From an uncultured Clostridia bacterium (GTDB lineage Bacteria; Bacillota; Clostridia; TANB77; CAG-508), in NCBI GenBank assembly GCA_944391855.1, contig CALXVB010000003.1, forward strand, positions 1-64,000: 64,000 bases of DNA. The letters run 5' to 3'. A program made the position numbers and the translations under genes. Below the pieces are notes generated by a model. The model had not been told where the DNA came from. It searched no databases and saw nothing but the letters and a program-made list of their open reading frames with translations. This document shows, piece by piece, positions 41,466 through 52,800 of this stretch. Position 1 is the stretch's first letter, and the number at the start of each line of letters is the position of its first letter.

Positions 41466-42362
41466 TTGGAAGAAAGTGTTTCAAGTGCTGAACTTACTAA
41501 TATTTCGCAAGTTATTATAGATACTATAAATAATTTATTAAATTCCCTATTTTCTTCTATTGATAATAGTGTTTATGATACTCTAGATGAATTAACTTTT
41601 ATAGGTACAGATATTTTAAATGATTCTTTATTTTCTAAAATATTTGGACATGGTTCAAATAACGGTTTACTAATAATTGCAAATTCTCTGCTTGTTGCAG
41701 TTTGTTTATACTATTGTTTTAAATTAATTTATTCACATTTTACGGGTATTTCTATTGAGAAACCATATCAGTTTGTTTTTAAATTATTAATATTTGCAAT
41801 GTTTATTAATTGTTCTTATTTTATATGTGAATTTTTTATATATTTTACTGATTTAATTTCTTCGTTAATTCGTCAAATTGGTGCTTCTATTTTAAATACA
41901 GAAATTTCTTTTTCTGCATTAGTAGAAAACTTAAATTCAGTTATTACAATTGATTCTACTAATATTAATGTGTTTTCTTTTGATGGAATTTTAAGAAGTA
42001 TTATATCTTTTAGTTTTGTAAGTTTATTATTTACCTATTCTTTAAGATATATAATGATAAAAGTTCTAATATTATTAATGCCTTTTGCTTTTCTCACACT
42101 AATAAACGCTTCAAGCGCATGGTTTTTCAAGGCTTGGCTTAAAATCTTTTTATCTCTTCTTTTTATTCAGCCATTTATTTCACTTATTCTTTTAATATCT
42201 TCTTCCTTAGATTTTTCTTCTTCTGATATTATCTCTAAATTACTATGTATTGGTTCATTATATGCTCTGATAAGAGCTAATTCATATACTCAACATTTTA
42301 TAGGTGGAATTTCCACAGATGTTTCACAAAGTTTTAAATTAATGAAAGGACAAGTTAAATAA
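41466..42362 (+). CDS. Polytopic membrane protein, VirB6/TrbL-like
   Basis: 298 aa with 5-6 TM helices. TTG start with a ribosome-binding site GGAGGTG. Lies in the operon between the pilin-like and PrgI-like genes. Confidence 0.4.
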   Translation: MEESVSSAELTNISQVIIDTINNLLNSLFSSIDNSVYDTLDELTFIGTDILNDSLFSKIFGHGSNNGLLIIANSLLVAVCLYYCFKLIYSHFTGISIEKPYQFVFKLLIFAMFINCSYFICEFFIYFTDLISSLIRQIGASILNTEISFSALVENLNSVITIDSTNINVFSFDGILRSIISFSFVSLLFTYSLRYIMIKVLILLMPFAFLTLINASSAWFFKAWLKIFLSLLFIQPFISLILLISSSLDFSSSDIISKLLCIGSLYALIRANSYTQHFIGGISTDVSQSFKLMKGQVK

Positions 42363-42364
42363 TT

Positions 42365-42649
42365 ATGAAATTTATTTTTCCACAAAATTATAATTTTGAT
42401 AGTAAATTACTCGGTTTTATTGACTATACTACTGTTATTTTAAATATTTTATGGGGATTATTTATATTTTTAATATCTTATTTTATTATTCCAAATATTA
42501 CTTTTAAAATAAGTTTTTTCATTGTTTTCTTTTTTCCTTTTTTCTTGTTTAGTATTATCGGATTTAATCATGAAAAAATGTTATATATTATTAAATATTT
42601 ATTTAAATACATTTTTTCTCCTAAAATATATTTATATAAAAAATATTAA
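42365..42649 (+). CDS. PrgI/VirB3-like small membrane protein
   Basis: 94 aa with two TM helices. The N-terminal FPQNYNFDSKLLGF and C-terminal KYLFKYIFSPKIYLY resemble the PrgI family. Translationally coupled to the upstream gene. Confidence 0.45.
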   Translation: MKFIFPQNYNFDSKLLGFIDYTTVILNILWGLFIFLISYFIIPNITFKISFFIVFFFPFFLFSIIGFNHEKMLYIIKYLFKYIFSPKIYLYKKY

Positions 42650-42786
42650 ATCTTAATAAAACCCATTTTTCACTGTTTTTCTACTTTATACTACTATTTT
42701 CTATAGTATTTTACAATTTTTCTAATTGTATTTTTAAATATAAAATGATATAATTTTATTCATACTTTTAATAGGAGGAATTACTT

Positions 42787-43755
42787 ATGAAATTAGAAAG
42801 TTCAGACTTATCTTCATTATTTTCAAACACATTAATACCAGATATATTCTTTTCAGAATATTTGTCTGAAGCCAGTGGTGACTTCATAAAAGTATATTTA
42901 TATATGTTGTTTTTATCAAAATATGATAAAGATATAAAGATAAATGATTTATCTAAGAAACTAGTATTACCTGTGAAAACTATTCAAGATGCAGTTAAAT
43001 ACTGGGAAGATAAATGTTTAATTACTAAAAAGAATACAGGATATGTTGTCAATAGTATTCAAGAAATAGAACTACATAAATTATATAAACCTAAAACAGC
43101 TTTATCTGCAGAACAATTACAAAAATCTGCTGAAAATCAAAAAAGAGCTAAAGCAATTGACTTTATCAATAATAAATATTTTTCAGGACTTATGCCTACT
43201 ACTTGGTACCCTGAAATTGAACTATGGTTTAAGAAATATGGTTTTGATGAAGAAGTTATGATAGCTTTGTTCGGATATTGTTTTGATATGTCAGCTCTTC
43301 ATAAAAATTATGTTCAGGCAGTAGCAGAAGCTTGGAATAAGAATAATATTAAAAACTTTAACGATTTAGATTTATATTATGAAAAACAAGAAAAACTTAA
43401 GGTTATTGCCAAAACAATATCAAAGAAGCTAGGACTATCTCGTAGTCTTACTCAATATGAATACGCATATATAGAAAAATGGGTTATAGATTATGGTTAT
43501 TCTTTAGATATTATAGAAATAGCTCTAAAGAAAACTACTTCTAAAGCAAATCCAAACTTTGACTATCTAGATAAATTATTAAGTGATTGGCACGATAGAG
43601 GGTTTAAAACTGCTAATGATATTCAAACTTTCTTATCAGATATGAAAGAAAAGAACAAAAATGTTAAACAATTAGAAAAAACTACAGGATATAATAAGTA
43701 TGAACAAAGAACTTATGATAATTTAGATAATTTATATGCAAACTTTAAAAAATAA
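42787..43755 (+). CDS. DnaD-domain replication initiation/helicase-loader protein (DnaB-like, Bacillus sense)
   Basis: 322 aa with a DnaD/DnaB_2-like C-terminal region. Immediately upstream of dnaI. Confidence 0.65.
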   Translation: MKLESSDLSSLFSNTLIPDIFFSEYLSEASGDFIKVYLYMLFLSKYDKDIKINDLSKKLVLPVKTIQDAVKYWEDKCLITKKNTGYVVNSIQEIELHKLYKPKTALSAEQLQKSAENQKRAKAIDFINNKYFSGLMPTTWYPEIELWFKKYGFDEEVMIALFGYCFDMSALHKNYVQAVAEAWNKNNIKNFNDLDLYYEKQEKLKVIAKTISKKLGLSRSLTQYEYAYIEKWVIDYGYSLDIIEIALKKTTSKANPNFDYLDKLLSDWHDRGFKTANDIQTFLSDMKEKNKNVKQLEKTTGYNKYEQRTYDNLDNLYANFKK

Positions 43756-43775
43756 CTTAATTTGGAGGTGCATTA

Positions 43776-44771
43776 GTGGACATAGTTTTAAAAAACATAT
43801 TGGCACAATATGATAAAAAAAGAATTCAGGAAGAATATGCTGCACAAAATAGAAAAACCGAGTTATACAAAAAATATCCTAAACTTCAAAGTATAGATGA
43901 TAAATTAAGTTCTCTTGCAATATCTACTACTAAATCTTTAATTTCAAATAATGATAAAAATTTATTACAAGAACTTAATAATAATATAAATAAATTAAAA
44001 GAGGAAAAAAATAAAATATTAGAAAAACTTAATATTTCTGAAGATTATTTTAAGCCACATTATGAGTGTTCTCTTTGTAAAGATACTGGCTATATAACAA
44101 ACAGTGATTATTCTGTCTCTATGTGTAACTGCTTGAAACAGAAATTATATAATGAACAATATAATAAAGCTAATATTTCTAATTTAGATACACAGAATTT
44201 TGATAATTTTTCTGATTTACTATATTCTGATAAACCAGATGAAGCCAGATATAATACTAAATTGTCTCCTAGAGAAAATATTAATCAAATTAAAGATATT
44301 TGTTTTAAATTTATAGAGAACTTTGATGATAAGAATCAAAAGAATTTATTGTTTACAGGAAATACTGGACTTGGAAAAACTTTTTTATCTAGCGCTATAG
44401 CAAATGAATTATTGAAAAAGGGCAAAAATGTTCTTTATCAAACTGCTTCAGTTATGCTAGATTCAATTATAGATTATAGGTTTGGAAAAACAAATGATTC
44501 AAATATATTAAAGTCTATACTTAATGTTGATTTGTTAATAATAGATGATTTAGGAACAGAGAATCCTAATAATCTTAAATCTTCGGAACTTTTTAATATA
44601 ATTAATACTAGACTATTAAATCAAAATAAAATTACTAAAACAATAATTTCTACTAATTTAAATTTACGTAATCTATATTCTAATTATGATGAACGAATTG
44701 TTTCAAGATTTATTGGAAATTATGATATTTGCTATTTCTTTGGAGAAGATATTAGGTTTAGAAATATATAA
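43776..44771 (+). CDS. dnaI: Primosomal helicase loader DnaI (DnaC/IstB-like AAA+) with N-terminal zinc-binding module
   Basis: 331 aa. GTG start. CSLCKDTGYI...CNC zinc module. Walker A LLFTGNTGLGKTFL. Walker B LLIIDDLG. Confidence 0.8.
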   Translation: MDIVLKNILAQYDKKRIQEEYAAQNRKTELYKKYPKLQSIDDKLSSLAISTTKSLISNNDKNLLQELNNNINKLKEEKNKILEKLNISEDYFKPHYECSLCKDTGYITNSDYSVSMCNCLKQKLYNEQYNKANISNLDTQNFDNFSDLLYSDKPDEARYNTKLSPRENINQIKDICFKFIENFDDKNQKNLLFTGNTGLGKTFLSSAIANELLKKGKNVLYQTASVMLDSIIDYRFGKTNDSNILKSILNVDLLIIDDLGTENPNNLKSSELFNIINTRLLNQNKITKTIISTNLNLRNLYSNYDERIVSRFIGNYDICYFFGEDIRFRNI

Positions 44772-44831
44772 ATAAAATTAAAAAAGACTATTTACTTCTA
44801 TTTTTAAATTTTAAAGTAAATAGTCTTTGTT

Positions 44832-45074
44832 TTATCTTTCTTGCTCTTGCTTTTTCTTTTTATTTGCCTCTAACATTTTATTTAATTTATCAAGAGTTAT
44901 TTGTTTATAATTTTCTACTCTATATGCCTCTGGTAAATCCTCCCAAAAGTCCTCTATCATTTCTCTTCTTTTTGCATTTATATCTTTTATTTCTGTTCCT
45001 TCTGATAAAACTTTTATTCTAGGATATAGACTTAATTCAATCAAAATATTTAAATAATGTAAGTTCTGATCCAT
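44832..45074 (-). CDS. Hypothetical small protein downstream of gyrA
   Basis: 80 aa. No motif recognised. Confidence 0.3.
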   Translation of the reverse strand: MDQNLHYLNILIELSLYPRIKVLSEGTEIKDINAKRREMIEDFWEDLPEAYRVENYKQITLDKLNKMLEANKKKKQEQER

Positions 45075-45085
45075 ATTACCACTTC

Positions 45086-47524
45086 CTATTCTTGTTCTTT
45101 TTCTTCCATAGAAATTGTTTCTATACTAACTACTTTTCCTTCATTTGTCCTCATTAAGGTTACACCTTGAGTAGAACGTCCTAATACACTTATGTCTGAA
45201 ACTTTAAGTCTAATTATTGTGCCTGTATCAGTAATTAGCATTACGTCTTCATCATCTGTAGCAATTCTTATTCCAACTAAATTTCCTGTTTTAGATGTTA
45301 CTTTATATGTTATTACACCTTTTCCTCCTCTTGTTTGAACTCTATATTCATCAAGTTCTGTTCTTTTTCCGAATCCATTTTCTGTTATTGCAAGAAGAGT
45401 TGCCTTACTTCCTTGTATTATTGATTCCATTCCTATAACATAGTCTCCGTCGTCTAATCTAATGCCAATAACTCCTTGAGATACTCTTCCCATAGGTCTT
45501 ACATCTTTTTCGTCAAATGTTATACACATTCCTTTATGTGTTACAAGTACTACATTGTCTTCTCCATCAGTGAGTCTTACGTCTATAAGTTCATCTTCAT
45601 CTTTTAAGGTTATTCCTATTAATCCAGTCTTTCTTACAGACATATATTCATTAAGAGAAGTCTTTTTAATTATTCCGTTTTTTGTAGCCATTAACAAATA
45701 TTTTCCTTCTGCAAAGGTTGCAATAGGTATAACTGCAGAAATCTTCTCTCCACCGTCTAACATTAAAAGGTTTACTATTGCAGTACCTTTAGCAGTTCTT
45801 CCTGCTTCTGGTATTTCATATCCTCTTAATCTATATACTTTACCTTTATTACTAAAGAATAATATTGTATCATGTGTAGAACATGTAAATATTTCTTTTA
45901 CGAAATCTTCTTCTCTAGTAGCAATTCCTGTTATTCCTTTTCCTCCTCTTTTTTGGCTTTTATATGTGTCTATTGGCATTCTCTTTACATAGCCAAAGTG
46001 AGTTAGTGCAACAACGCATTGTTCCTCTTTTATTAAATCTTCTACGTCGAATTCTCCTTCTGCTGCAACTATTTTTGTTTTTCTTTCATCTCCATATTTG
46101 TCTTTTATTTCTAATAATTCTTCTTTTATAATGTCATATACAAGCTTATCACTTGCAAGTATTGCTCTTAAATGCTCAATTAATTTCATTAATTCTGCAT
46201 ATTCTTCTTCTATTTTTTCACGTTGCAAACCTGATAATGTTTTTAATCTCATATCTAGGATAGCTTGTGCTTGTATATCAGAAAGTCCAAATCTTTCCAT
46301 TAATCTTTCTTTTGCATCGTCATAAGAATTTCTAATTATTTCAATTACTTCATCTATGTTATCTAATGCAATTTTTAATCCTTCTAATATATGAGCTCTT
46401 GCTAATGCTTTATCTAAATCAAATTGTGTTCTACGAAGAATTACTGTTTTTCTATGGTCTATATAATATTCTAAACATTGTCTCAATGTTAGTATTTTTG
46501 GTTCTCCATTAACTAATGCTAACATTATAACTCCAAAAGTATCTTGCATTTGTGTATATTTGAATAATTGATTTAATATTACTTGAGCATTTACATCTCT
46601 TTTTAGCTCTACAACTATTCTTACTTTTTCTTCTCTATCTGATTCATCTCTTACTTCTGAAATTCCTTCTATTCTTTTTTCTTTTACTAAGTTTGCAATA
46701 TTTTCAATTAATTTTGCTTTATTTACTTGATATGGCAAAGATCTAACAATTATTCTTTGTTTGTTTCCACTCATTTCTTCTATTTCCGCCTCTGCTCTCA
46801 TTGTTATTTTACCTTTACCTGTTGTATATGCTTCTTTTATTCCATCTCTTCCTAAAATTAAACCTTCTGTAGGAAAATCTGGTCCTTTTATAATGCTCAT
46901 TAATTGTTCATCTGTAACATTGTCATCATCAATTATCTTAACTATTCCATTTATAACCTCTGTTAAGTTATGTGGTGGAATGTTTGTTGCCATACCTACG
47001 GCAATTCCTGAAGAACCATTTATTAAAAGTGTAGGTATTTTAGCTGGTAAAACAGTTGGCTCTTGTAATCTATCATCATAGTTTGGCATAAAATCAACTG
47101 TATTTTTCTCTATATCTGTAAGCATTGTTTCTGCTATTTTTGACATTCTTGCTTCTGTATACCTCATAGCTGCTGGTGCATCACCATCAACAGAACCAAA
47201 GTTTCCATGTCCATCAATTAGTGGATATCTCATAGAGAAGTCTTGTGCCATTCTTACCATTGCATCATAAACCGATGCATCCCCATGTGGATGGTATCTT
47301 CCTAAAACTGAACCTACTGTATTAGCACTTTTTCTGTAAGGTTTATCAGAAGTTATTCCATCTTCATACATGGCATATAGGATTCTTCTATGTACTGGTT
47401 TTAAACCATCTCTTACATCTGGAAGTGCACGAGAAACAATAACGCTCATAGCATAATCGATATATGATGTTTTCATTTCTGTTTCAATATTTCTTTCGAT
47501 AATTTTTCCTTCATTTTCTTCCAT
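45086..47524 (-). CDS. gyrA: DNA gyrase subunit A
   Basis: 812 aa. The catalytic-Tyr region and a GyrA-box QKRGGKG in the C-terminal domain distinguish it from ParC. Confidence 0.95.
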   Translation of the reverse strand: MEENEGKIIERNIETEMKTSYIDYAMSVIVSRALPDVRDGLKPVHRRILYAMYEDGITSDKPYRKSANTVGSVLGRYHPHGDASVYDAMVRMAQDFSMRYPLIDGHGNFGSVDGDAPAAMRYTEARMSKIAETMLTDIEKNTVDFMPNYDDRLQEPTVLPAKIPTLLINGSSGIAVGMATNIPPHNLTEVINGIVKIIDDDNVTDEQLMSIIKGPDFPTEGLILGRDGIKEAYTTGKGKITMRAEAEIEEMSGNKQRIIVRSLPYQVNKAKLIENIANLVKEKRIEGISEVRDESDREEKVRIVVELKRDVNAQVILNQLFKYTQMQDTFGVIMLALVNGEPKILTLRQCLEYYIDHRKTVILRRTQFDLDKALARAHILEGLKIALDNIDEVIEIIRNSYDDAKERLMERFGLSDIQAQAILDMRLKTLSGLQREKIEEEYAELMKLIEHLRAILASDKLVYDIIKEELLEIKDKYGDERKTKIVAAEGEFDVEDLIKEEQCVVALTHFGYVKRMPIDTYKSQKRGGKGITGIATREEDFVKEIFTCSTHDTILFFSNKGKVYRLRGYEIPEAGRTAKGTAIVNLLMLDGGEKISAVIPIATFAEGKYLLMATKNGIIKKTSLNEYMSVRKTGLIGITLKDEDELIDVRLTDGEDNVVLVTHKGMCITFDEKDVRPMGRVSQGVIGIRLDDGDYVIGMESIIQGSKATLLAITENGFGKRTELDEYRVQTRGGKGVITYKVTSKTGNLVGIRIATDDEDVMLITDTGTIIRLKVSDISVLGRSTQGVTLMRTNEGKVVSIETISMEEKEQE

Positions 47525-47589
47525 TTTATTTTTTCCGTCCTTTCCAAAATGTTCAATAACTACTCTTGTATTATACTATAAATACAGCA

Positions 47590-47630
47590 AAATTTGCAAG
47601 TGAAAAAGGCTAATTCTTTTTGAAAAAATA
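47590..47630 (-). terminator. Terminator for the 47716-48435 gene: AAAAGGCTA...TAGCCTTTT hairpin plus U-run on the minus strand
   Basis: Stem 47594-47602/47619-47627. Confidence 0.55.
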
Positions 47631-47715
47631 GCCTTTTTTGATAAAAAATTCTTAATATTTTTTTATTATTTTTTATTTTAAATTTTTAATATTTTTTATT
47701 TAATAAATTCTATAT

Positions 47716-48435
47716 TTATGTTAATAAATTAGCTAACTCTCTTTGTTCATCTGTTAAATTAAAATCATGATTATTATTTTTAATTAAACTATGTAGATTT
47801 TCTATAATGCGAGCTTCTTTTATTGTATTTTCTAAAGGCATTAATTCTTCTAATTTTTCTTGTATTTTTTCATATTCTCTCTCCATACCATCAAAATCTT
47901 TATTTTCAAAATATTCTTTCCAATTGCTTTCATATTTTGCTAGTTTTTCTACTCCATCTATTTGCTCTGTAAATTCATTTTCTATCCTATCACTTACACT
48001 ATTTAATATTGCATCTTTACCACTACTAATTATGTTTGCAATATTACCACTTATTAGTCCTGAAGAACTTGTCTTGTCTAATACTTTATCTAATACATTT
48101 GAAATTCCATCTATTATTCCTCCATTTTTTACAGCATCTCTCGCTTGAGAAATACTATCAAAGTCTCCTGTAAATATTCCAATAACGCTTTTTCCTAAAT
48201 TAATTGCACTATTTATTGCTGTGTCTATTCCTTCTTTAAATCCACCTTGAAAAAAAGCATCTTTTATTTCTACTATCCCCTCTTCTATAAAATCAGGTAA
48301 AACCATTCTAAGTCCTATATCTAAAGCAGAATTAACAGCTTTTCCTATATTAGATTGTAAAAAATTATTTTGTTCTTGTGCAAGATTCTCTTCATTTAAA
48401 TTATTATTTAAATCAACATTATTTTCTAATTCCAT
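47716..48435 (-). CDS. Hypothetical protein, first gene of the gyrB-gyrA insertion
   Basis: 239 aa, Gly/Ser/Ile-rich. No motif recognised. Confidence 0.3.
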   Translation of the reverse strand: MELENNVDLNNNLNEENLAQEQNNFLQSNIGKAVNSALDIGLRMVLPDFIEEGIVEIKDAFFQGGFKEGIDTAINSAINLGKSVIGIFTGDFDSISQARDAVKNGGIIDGISNVLDKVLDKTSSSGLISGNIANIISSGKDAILNSVSDRIENEFTEQIDGVEKLAKYESNWKEYFENKDFDGMEREYEKIQEKLEELMPLENTIKEARIIENLHSLIKNNNHDFNLTDEQRELANLLT

Positions 48436-48459
48436 AATTTTTCTCCTTATTTTTTATTT

Positions 48460-49782
48460 TTAAATATTATTTAATTTATTATTAATATCTATATATTCTT
48501 TCTTTAATTTTTCATCTAATAAATTATATTTATTATTTTTATTGATTAATTTATTATATATTTTTCTATAATTTAATTTTCCTATTACATTAAATTCACT
48601 AAATATATTTTTTAATAAATTAAAATTAATTGATTCAGAATTATATTTATTAAATATTATTTTTATTTTATTAATTTTAATATTTAATTTATTTATATAT
48701 ATATCTAATAATTTTATTGATTTATTTATTTCCAATAAATTGGTATCTGAAATAAATAGACAAAAATCACATATCTCTATTATATTTTTTATATAATTTG
48801 TTTTTTTATTATAATTAGTATCAATTATTATAAGCTCATACATTTCTTTTAAAAAATTTATATTTTCAATTATTTTATTTAAAAATATATTTTCATTATT
48901 TTCTTCTATCTTTTCTCTTATTTTTTCTTTTTTTAAAATTAATAAATCTATTTTTTTATTAATTTTAATTATATTAAAATATTCAAAAATATTATTAAAA
49001 TTATTTTTTGAATATTTATTATTTATTTCATAATTTATTTTTTCTATATAAGTATTTGCATTTTTTGATATGTTTTTAAGACCTAAAATTGTGTTAATAG
49101 AATTATTAAAAAAATCTGAACCAATAATTAAAATCTTATTATTTTTATAAGCATTAATTTTAGCTAAATTTATAGATATAATTGTTTTTCCAACTCCTGG
49201 AGGTCCTGTTATAGAAAATGTTTTATTTTTTATTTTATTTTGAAATGATTTTTTTGAATTTAATTTAATTTTTTTTGAATTTAATATTTTAATTAAATGA
49301 TTATCTATTATATTTTTTGCTGTTTTTTTTATTAATAATATTTTTTTATTTTTATTTTTTTCGTTTTTTTCTTGTTTAATTTTATTAACTATATTTTTAT
49401 TTTCATAATTATTATCTATATTATTATCTATTATTTCTATTATTTTTTGTGTATTAATTTTGTCATTTTTATCTAAATAAATAATTTTATATATATTTTT
49501 ATAATTTAAATATTTTTCTATTTCTTTTTCATTATTTTCTATAATAATTATTATTTTAATACTTTTATTAATTATATAAATTTGTTTTATTAAATCTTCT
49601 ATTTTTATTTCACCTTGTAATATATTATTTATTATTATATAATCAACTTCATTTTTTTCTTCTAGAATTTCAATTATTCCTTCTTTATATTGAATATCAT
49701 TTAAAATAATATTTATATTCTTTTCTTTTTTTAATTCATTATTTATAGATTCATTTCCAATGGCAGTTATTATTTTTTTCAT
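48460..49782 (-). CDS. Receiver-like N-domain plus P-loop NTPase of the ParA/MinD/FlhF (SIMIBI) type; hyper-AT gene
   Basis: 440 aa. Walker A FSITGPPGVGKTIISINLA. Downstream ILIIGSDF and IIIDTNY (DTxG-like) follow with ParA/FlhF-like spacing. The N-terminal ~120 aa resemble a REC fold. GC of many 60-nt stretches is below 10%. Confidence 0.4.
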   Translation of the reverse strand: MKKIITAIGNESINNELKKEKNINIILNDIQYKEGIIEILEEKNEVDYIIINNILQGEIKIEDLIKQIYIINKSIKIIIIIENNEKEIEKYLNYKNIYKIIYLDKNDKINTQKIIEIIDNNIDNNYENKNIVNKIKQEKNEKNKNKKILLIKKTAKNIIDNHLIKILNSKKIKLNSKKSFQNKIKNKTFSITGPPGVGKTIISINLAKINAYKNNKILIIGSDFFNNSINTILGLKNISKNANTYIEKINYEINNKYSKNNFNNIFEYFNIIKINKKIDLLILKKEKIREKIEENNENIFLNKIIENINFLKEMYELIIIDTNYNKKTNYIKNIIEICDFCLFISDTNLLEINKSIKLLDIYINKLNIKINKIKIIFNKYNSESINFNLLKNIFSEFNVIGKLNYRKIYNKLINKNNKYNLLDEKLKKEYIDINNKLNNI

Positions 49783-49800
49783 ATTTATTCCTTTTTAGTT

Positions 49801-51654
49801 TTAATTAAATTTAATTTTGTTTTCTATAATTTCTTTTTCAAAATCTGCTGCATATATTTTATTTAATATATGCTCATCTCCTATGAATGTTAAGCACTCT
49901 CCTCTTTTCAAAGATTTTATTTCTATTTTTTCTTTTTCAGATAAATTAGTAAACTTTTCTAATATTTTTATATTTTCTTCTTCTAAAGAAAAAAATGTTT
50001 TTATACTAGAATTATTTAAAATACTTTTTCCATATACTCCATCTTCTAAGCTGAAAATATCTGATATGTCCTGAGTAACCGCAACTCCACTCCCTCCATA
50101 CTTTCTAATAGTTTTAAATATTTTATATATAAAACTGGCAACGTCTTTATTAGAAGTAACACCTATTAGTCTCCATATTTCATCTAAATATATTGCTTTT
50201 TTTATTTTTCTATCTTTTTTTATTTTATCCCAAAATAATTCAGTAAATAAATACATTCCATATTTTAAATTTTCTTCTCCTAATTCATATACGTCTGCTA
50301 CAATTAATTTATTATTTAATTCTACATTTGTATAATTATTAAAAAAGTTTAAAGAACCTTTTATAAATGGAATTAATTTTGTTTTAAATATTTTTGTTTT
50401 TTCGTCTTTATCTAATATATTATAAAAGTCTTGTAAAATTGGCATGTCTTTACTTTCTTTAAACATTATATTGTTTATTTCATTTTCCAAATCATTTTCT
50501 TTATATTTATATAAACTTTTATCATCAAAAGTAATACCTTTTGTAGAATATAATTCTATTAATTTTTCTTCTAAAATTGCTTTTTCCTCTTCATTTATTT
50601 TTCCAAATATAAGATTAAAAAAACCTATTAATTTACTAATTTTATTTGCTAAATATCCTTGTTCATCATCTTCAATACTTTCTTTTCTTATATCAAACAC
50701 ATTTATGTATGTATCTGAGCCTGGTCCTATTTTTAAAAGAGTTCCATTTAAATTTTCACACAAATTATTGTATTCTCTTTCAGGATCTATTATGTATTGC
50801 TCTATTCCTAGTATTCTATATCTCAAAATTAATAATTTTGTATAAAAAGATTTCCCAGCACCAGAAGTTCCAAAAATGCACATATTCGCATTTTTATATT
50901 TTTGTGTATTGTATCTATCCACAAATATCAAAGAATTATTATATATATTTATTCCAATAAATATTCCTGTATCATCAAAAATGGCAGAAGATATAAATGG
51001 GTATGTACATACAAGACCACTAGTTAATACATTTCGCTTTGAAACTTCTTTTAGTAATTTATTATTTTCCATTAAAGGTAAACATGCTCTATATGCTTGT
51101 TCTTGCCTAAAATACGCTCTTCTTGTATGCAATCCTTTACTTTCTATTATTCCTTCTATTTTATTTAAAATATTTTCTATTTCATTTAAATCTTGAGAAT
51201 ATATACATACATAAATATATAAATAATATAAATCTTCGTTATTTATTTGTAATTCTTTTCTAATGTATTTTGCATCATTATATGTAAAAGCTGCTATATC
51301 TATGTCTTGCCTATTCTGATTATTTCCTTTCAAATCCGCACCAACATTACCTATATGATATGTAAGTTCTCTTATTGCTTTATAACTATCTTGTTTTTCA
51401 TAAAAAATTGAAATATTTATATCTATATTTGTATCTATTAATGTTTTTAAAAGTAATTCATTTTGTTCTCTAAAATAATTTACTATTAATATTGATGAAA
51501 AATAATTATTATCTATTTCAATATATTTTGGATTAGATAAATCAATACATGATGGTGCTAAAAAATCATTATCTGAAAATGTCCCTTCTAAAAAATTTAA
51601 TTTTTCTTTTTTATTTTTTTCTATTTTTCTTTTCAATTTAAAAATATTTTTCAT
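49801..51654 (-). CDS. VirB4-like conjugative/T4SS ATPase (PrgJ/TrsE/TcpF type)
   Basis: 617 aa. Walker A CIFGTSGAGKSF. Walker B YLDEIWRL. A TQ motif AVTQDISD. The N-terminal PSCIDLSNPKYIEIDNNYFSSILIVNYF...DINISIFYEKQD matches the Gram-positive VirB4 N-domain pattern. Confidence 0.6.
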   Translation of the reverse strand: MKNIFKLKRKIEKNKKEKLNFLEGTFSDNDFLAPSCIDLSNPKYIEIDNNYFSSILIVNYFREQNELLLKTLIDTNIDINISIFYEKQDSYKAIRELTYHIGNVGADLKGNNQNRQDIDIAAFTYNDAKYIRKELQINNEDLYYLYIYVCIYSQDLNEIENILNKIEGIIESKGLHTRRAYFRQEQAYRACLPLMENNKLLKEVSKRNVLTSGLVCTYPFISSAIFDDTGIFIGINIYNNSLIFVDRYNTQKYKNANMCIFGTSGAGKSFYTKLLILRYRILGIEQYIIDPEREYNNLCENLNGTLLKIGPGSDTYINVFDIRKESIEDDEQGYLANKISKLIGFFNLIFGKINEEEKAILEEKLIELYSTKGITFDDKSLYKYKENDLENEINNIMFKESKDMPILQDFYNILDKDEKTKIFKTKLIPFIKGSLNFFNNYTNVELNNKLIVADVYELGEENLKYGMYLFTELFWDKIKKDRKIKKAIYLDEIWRLIGVTSNKDVASFIYKIFKTIRKYGGSGVAVTQDISDIFSLEDGVYGKSILNNSSIKTFFSLEEENIKILEKFTNLSEKEKIEIKSLKRGECLTFIGDEHILNKIYAADFEKEIIENKIKFN

Positions 51655-51796
51655 TTTATTTTTCCTCTCTAAAGTTAAAGAATTATTTTTTATTTGTTTT
51701 TATAATTAATTTAAATAATTATTTTATTTTTGATTTTTATCCTTAATTTTTATTTGTTTTTATTGTTGATTTTCTCGTTTAAGTAATAATTAATTA

Positions 51797-52399
51797 TTAT
51801 TTATTATTAGTATAAATTCTTGTATTAAAAAAAGAAAATAATATATGTTTTATTTGTTTTTTATCATTTATATCTGTAGCAATATTTCCGCATCTTGATA
51901 ATCCATCTTTAATTTTAAAATATTTATTATTTAAATTTTCTGTTGCATTAGTTTGAATATCTATAATTTCATTGTTTTTATTAATATATTCTAAAATTAT
52001 ATAATAATTTTTTGATGACGATTTTTTATTATTATTTAATTCTTTTATTTTTTCTATATATTTTTTTGATATTTCTTGGATGTTTTTTTCTTCTTGAATT
52101 AAATGATTATTTATTTGAGAAAAATGATTAGATAAATCTACTTTATTACTTTGTATTAATATTTGAAAATTAAAATCACATGTTTTTAAAAAAATTTTAT
52201 ATGAATTTAAAATAGCTTCTTTTTCTAAATCTGATTTTAAATTAAAATTAATCGGATTTATTTTAATTATTTTTAAATATCTATTATCCTTTGTTTTAAT
52301 TATTCCATTTTCTAATATTTCTTCTATTTTTAACCATTCCTGGCTAGAATTAATATTGTTTTTTTTATTTATTTTAATTATATATTCCTCCTTTCTCAA
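51797..52399 (-). CDS. Hypothetical protein (hyper-AT) upstream of the VirB4-like gene
   Basis: 200 aa, Asn/Lys/Ile-rich. No TM helix and no recognised motif. Confidence 0.3.
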   Translation of the reverse strand: MRKEEYIIKINKKNNINSSQEWLKIEEILENGIIKTKDNRYLKIIKINPINFNLKSDLEKEAILNSYKIFLKTCDFNFQILIQSNKVDLSNHFSQINNHLIQEEKNIQEISKKYIEKIKELNNNKKSSSKNYYIILEYINKNNEIIDIQTNATENLNNKYFKIKDGLSRCGNIATDINDKKQIKHILFSFFNTRIYTNNK

Positions 52400-52749
52400 T
52401 TAATTAATAAAAATAAATAATTAAATATATATTTATATATTATATTTCTATTAAAATTAATTTTTTTATTAATATTTTATTTATATTTAATTAAATAAAT
52501 TATTTTTTGAATATTTAAAGATTAAAATTATTTTGATATTAATTTTTGAAAAAATTATTAAATAATATAATATAAGATAATATGATTAAAATCAATTAAT
52601 TTTTATTTTCTTTTTTATACCATATTTCTATCAACTTTTCAAGAAAAATCGTAATCCTTTTTTCGACATTTTTTGCACAGTATTTTGTTAATTTTTTATT
52701 AATATTCTATTATTATTAATTTATTTTAATTTTTGAAAAAATATATAAA

Positions 52750-52800
52750 AAATAGGTAAATAATTAATATTTAATTTATTAATTATTTTACCTATTATTT
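52750..52800 (-). terminator. gyrB terminator: imperfect AT-rich hairpin plus U-run on the minus strand
   Basis: ATAGGTAAATAATTAAT at 52752-52768 pairs with ATTAATTATTTTACCTAT at 52778-52795. T-runs follow on the minus strand. Confidence 0.45.

Noticed and set aside
49801-52399. The 200-aa and 617-aa ORFs as two halves of a single disrupted VirB4
   Set aside because: The 617-aa protein already contains the complete VirB4 N-terminal domain plus the ATPase domain. The 200-aa product has no VirB4-like segment.
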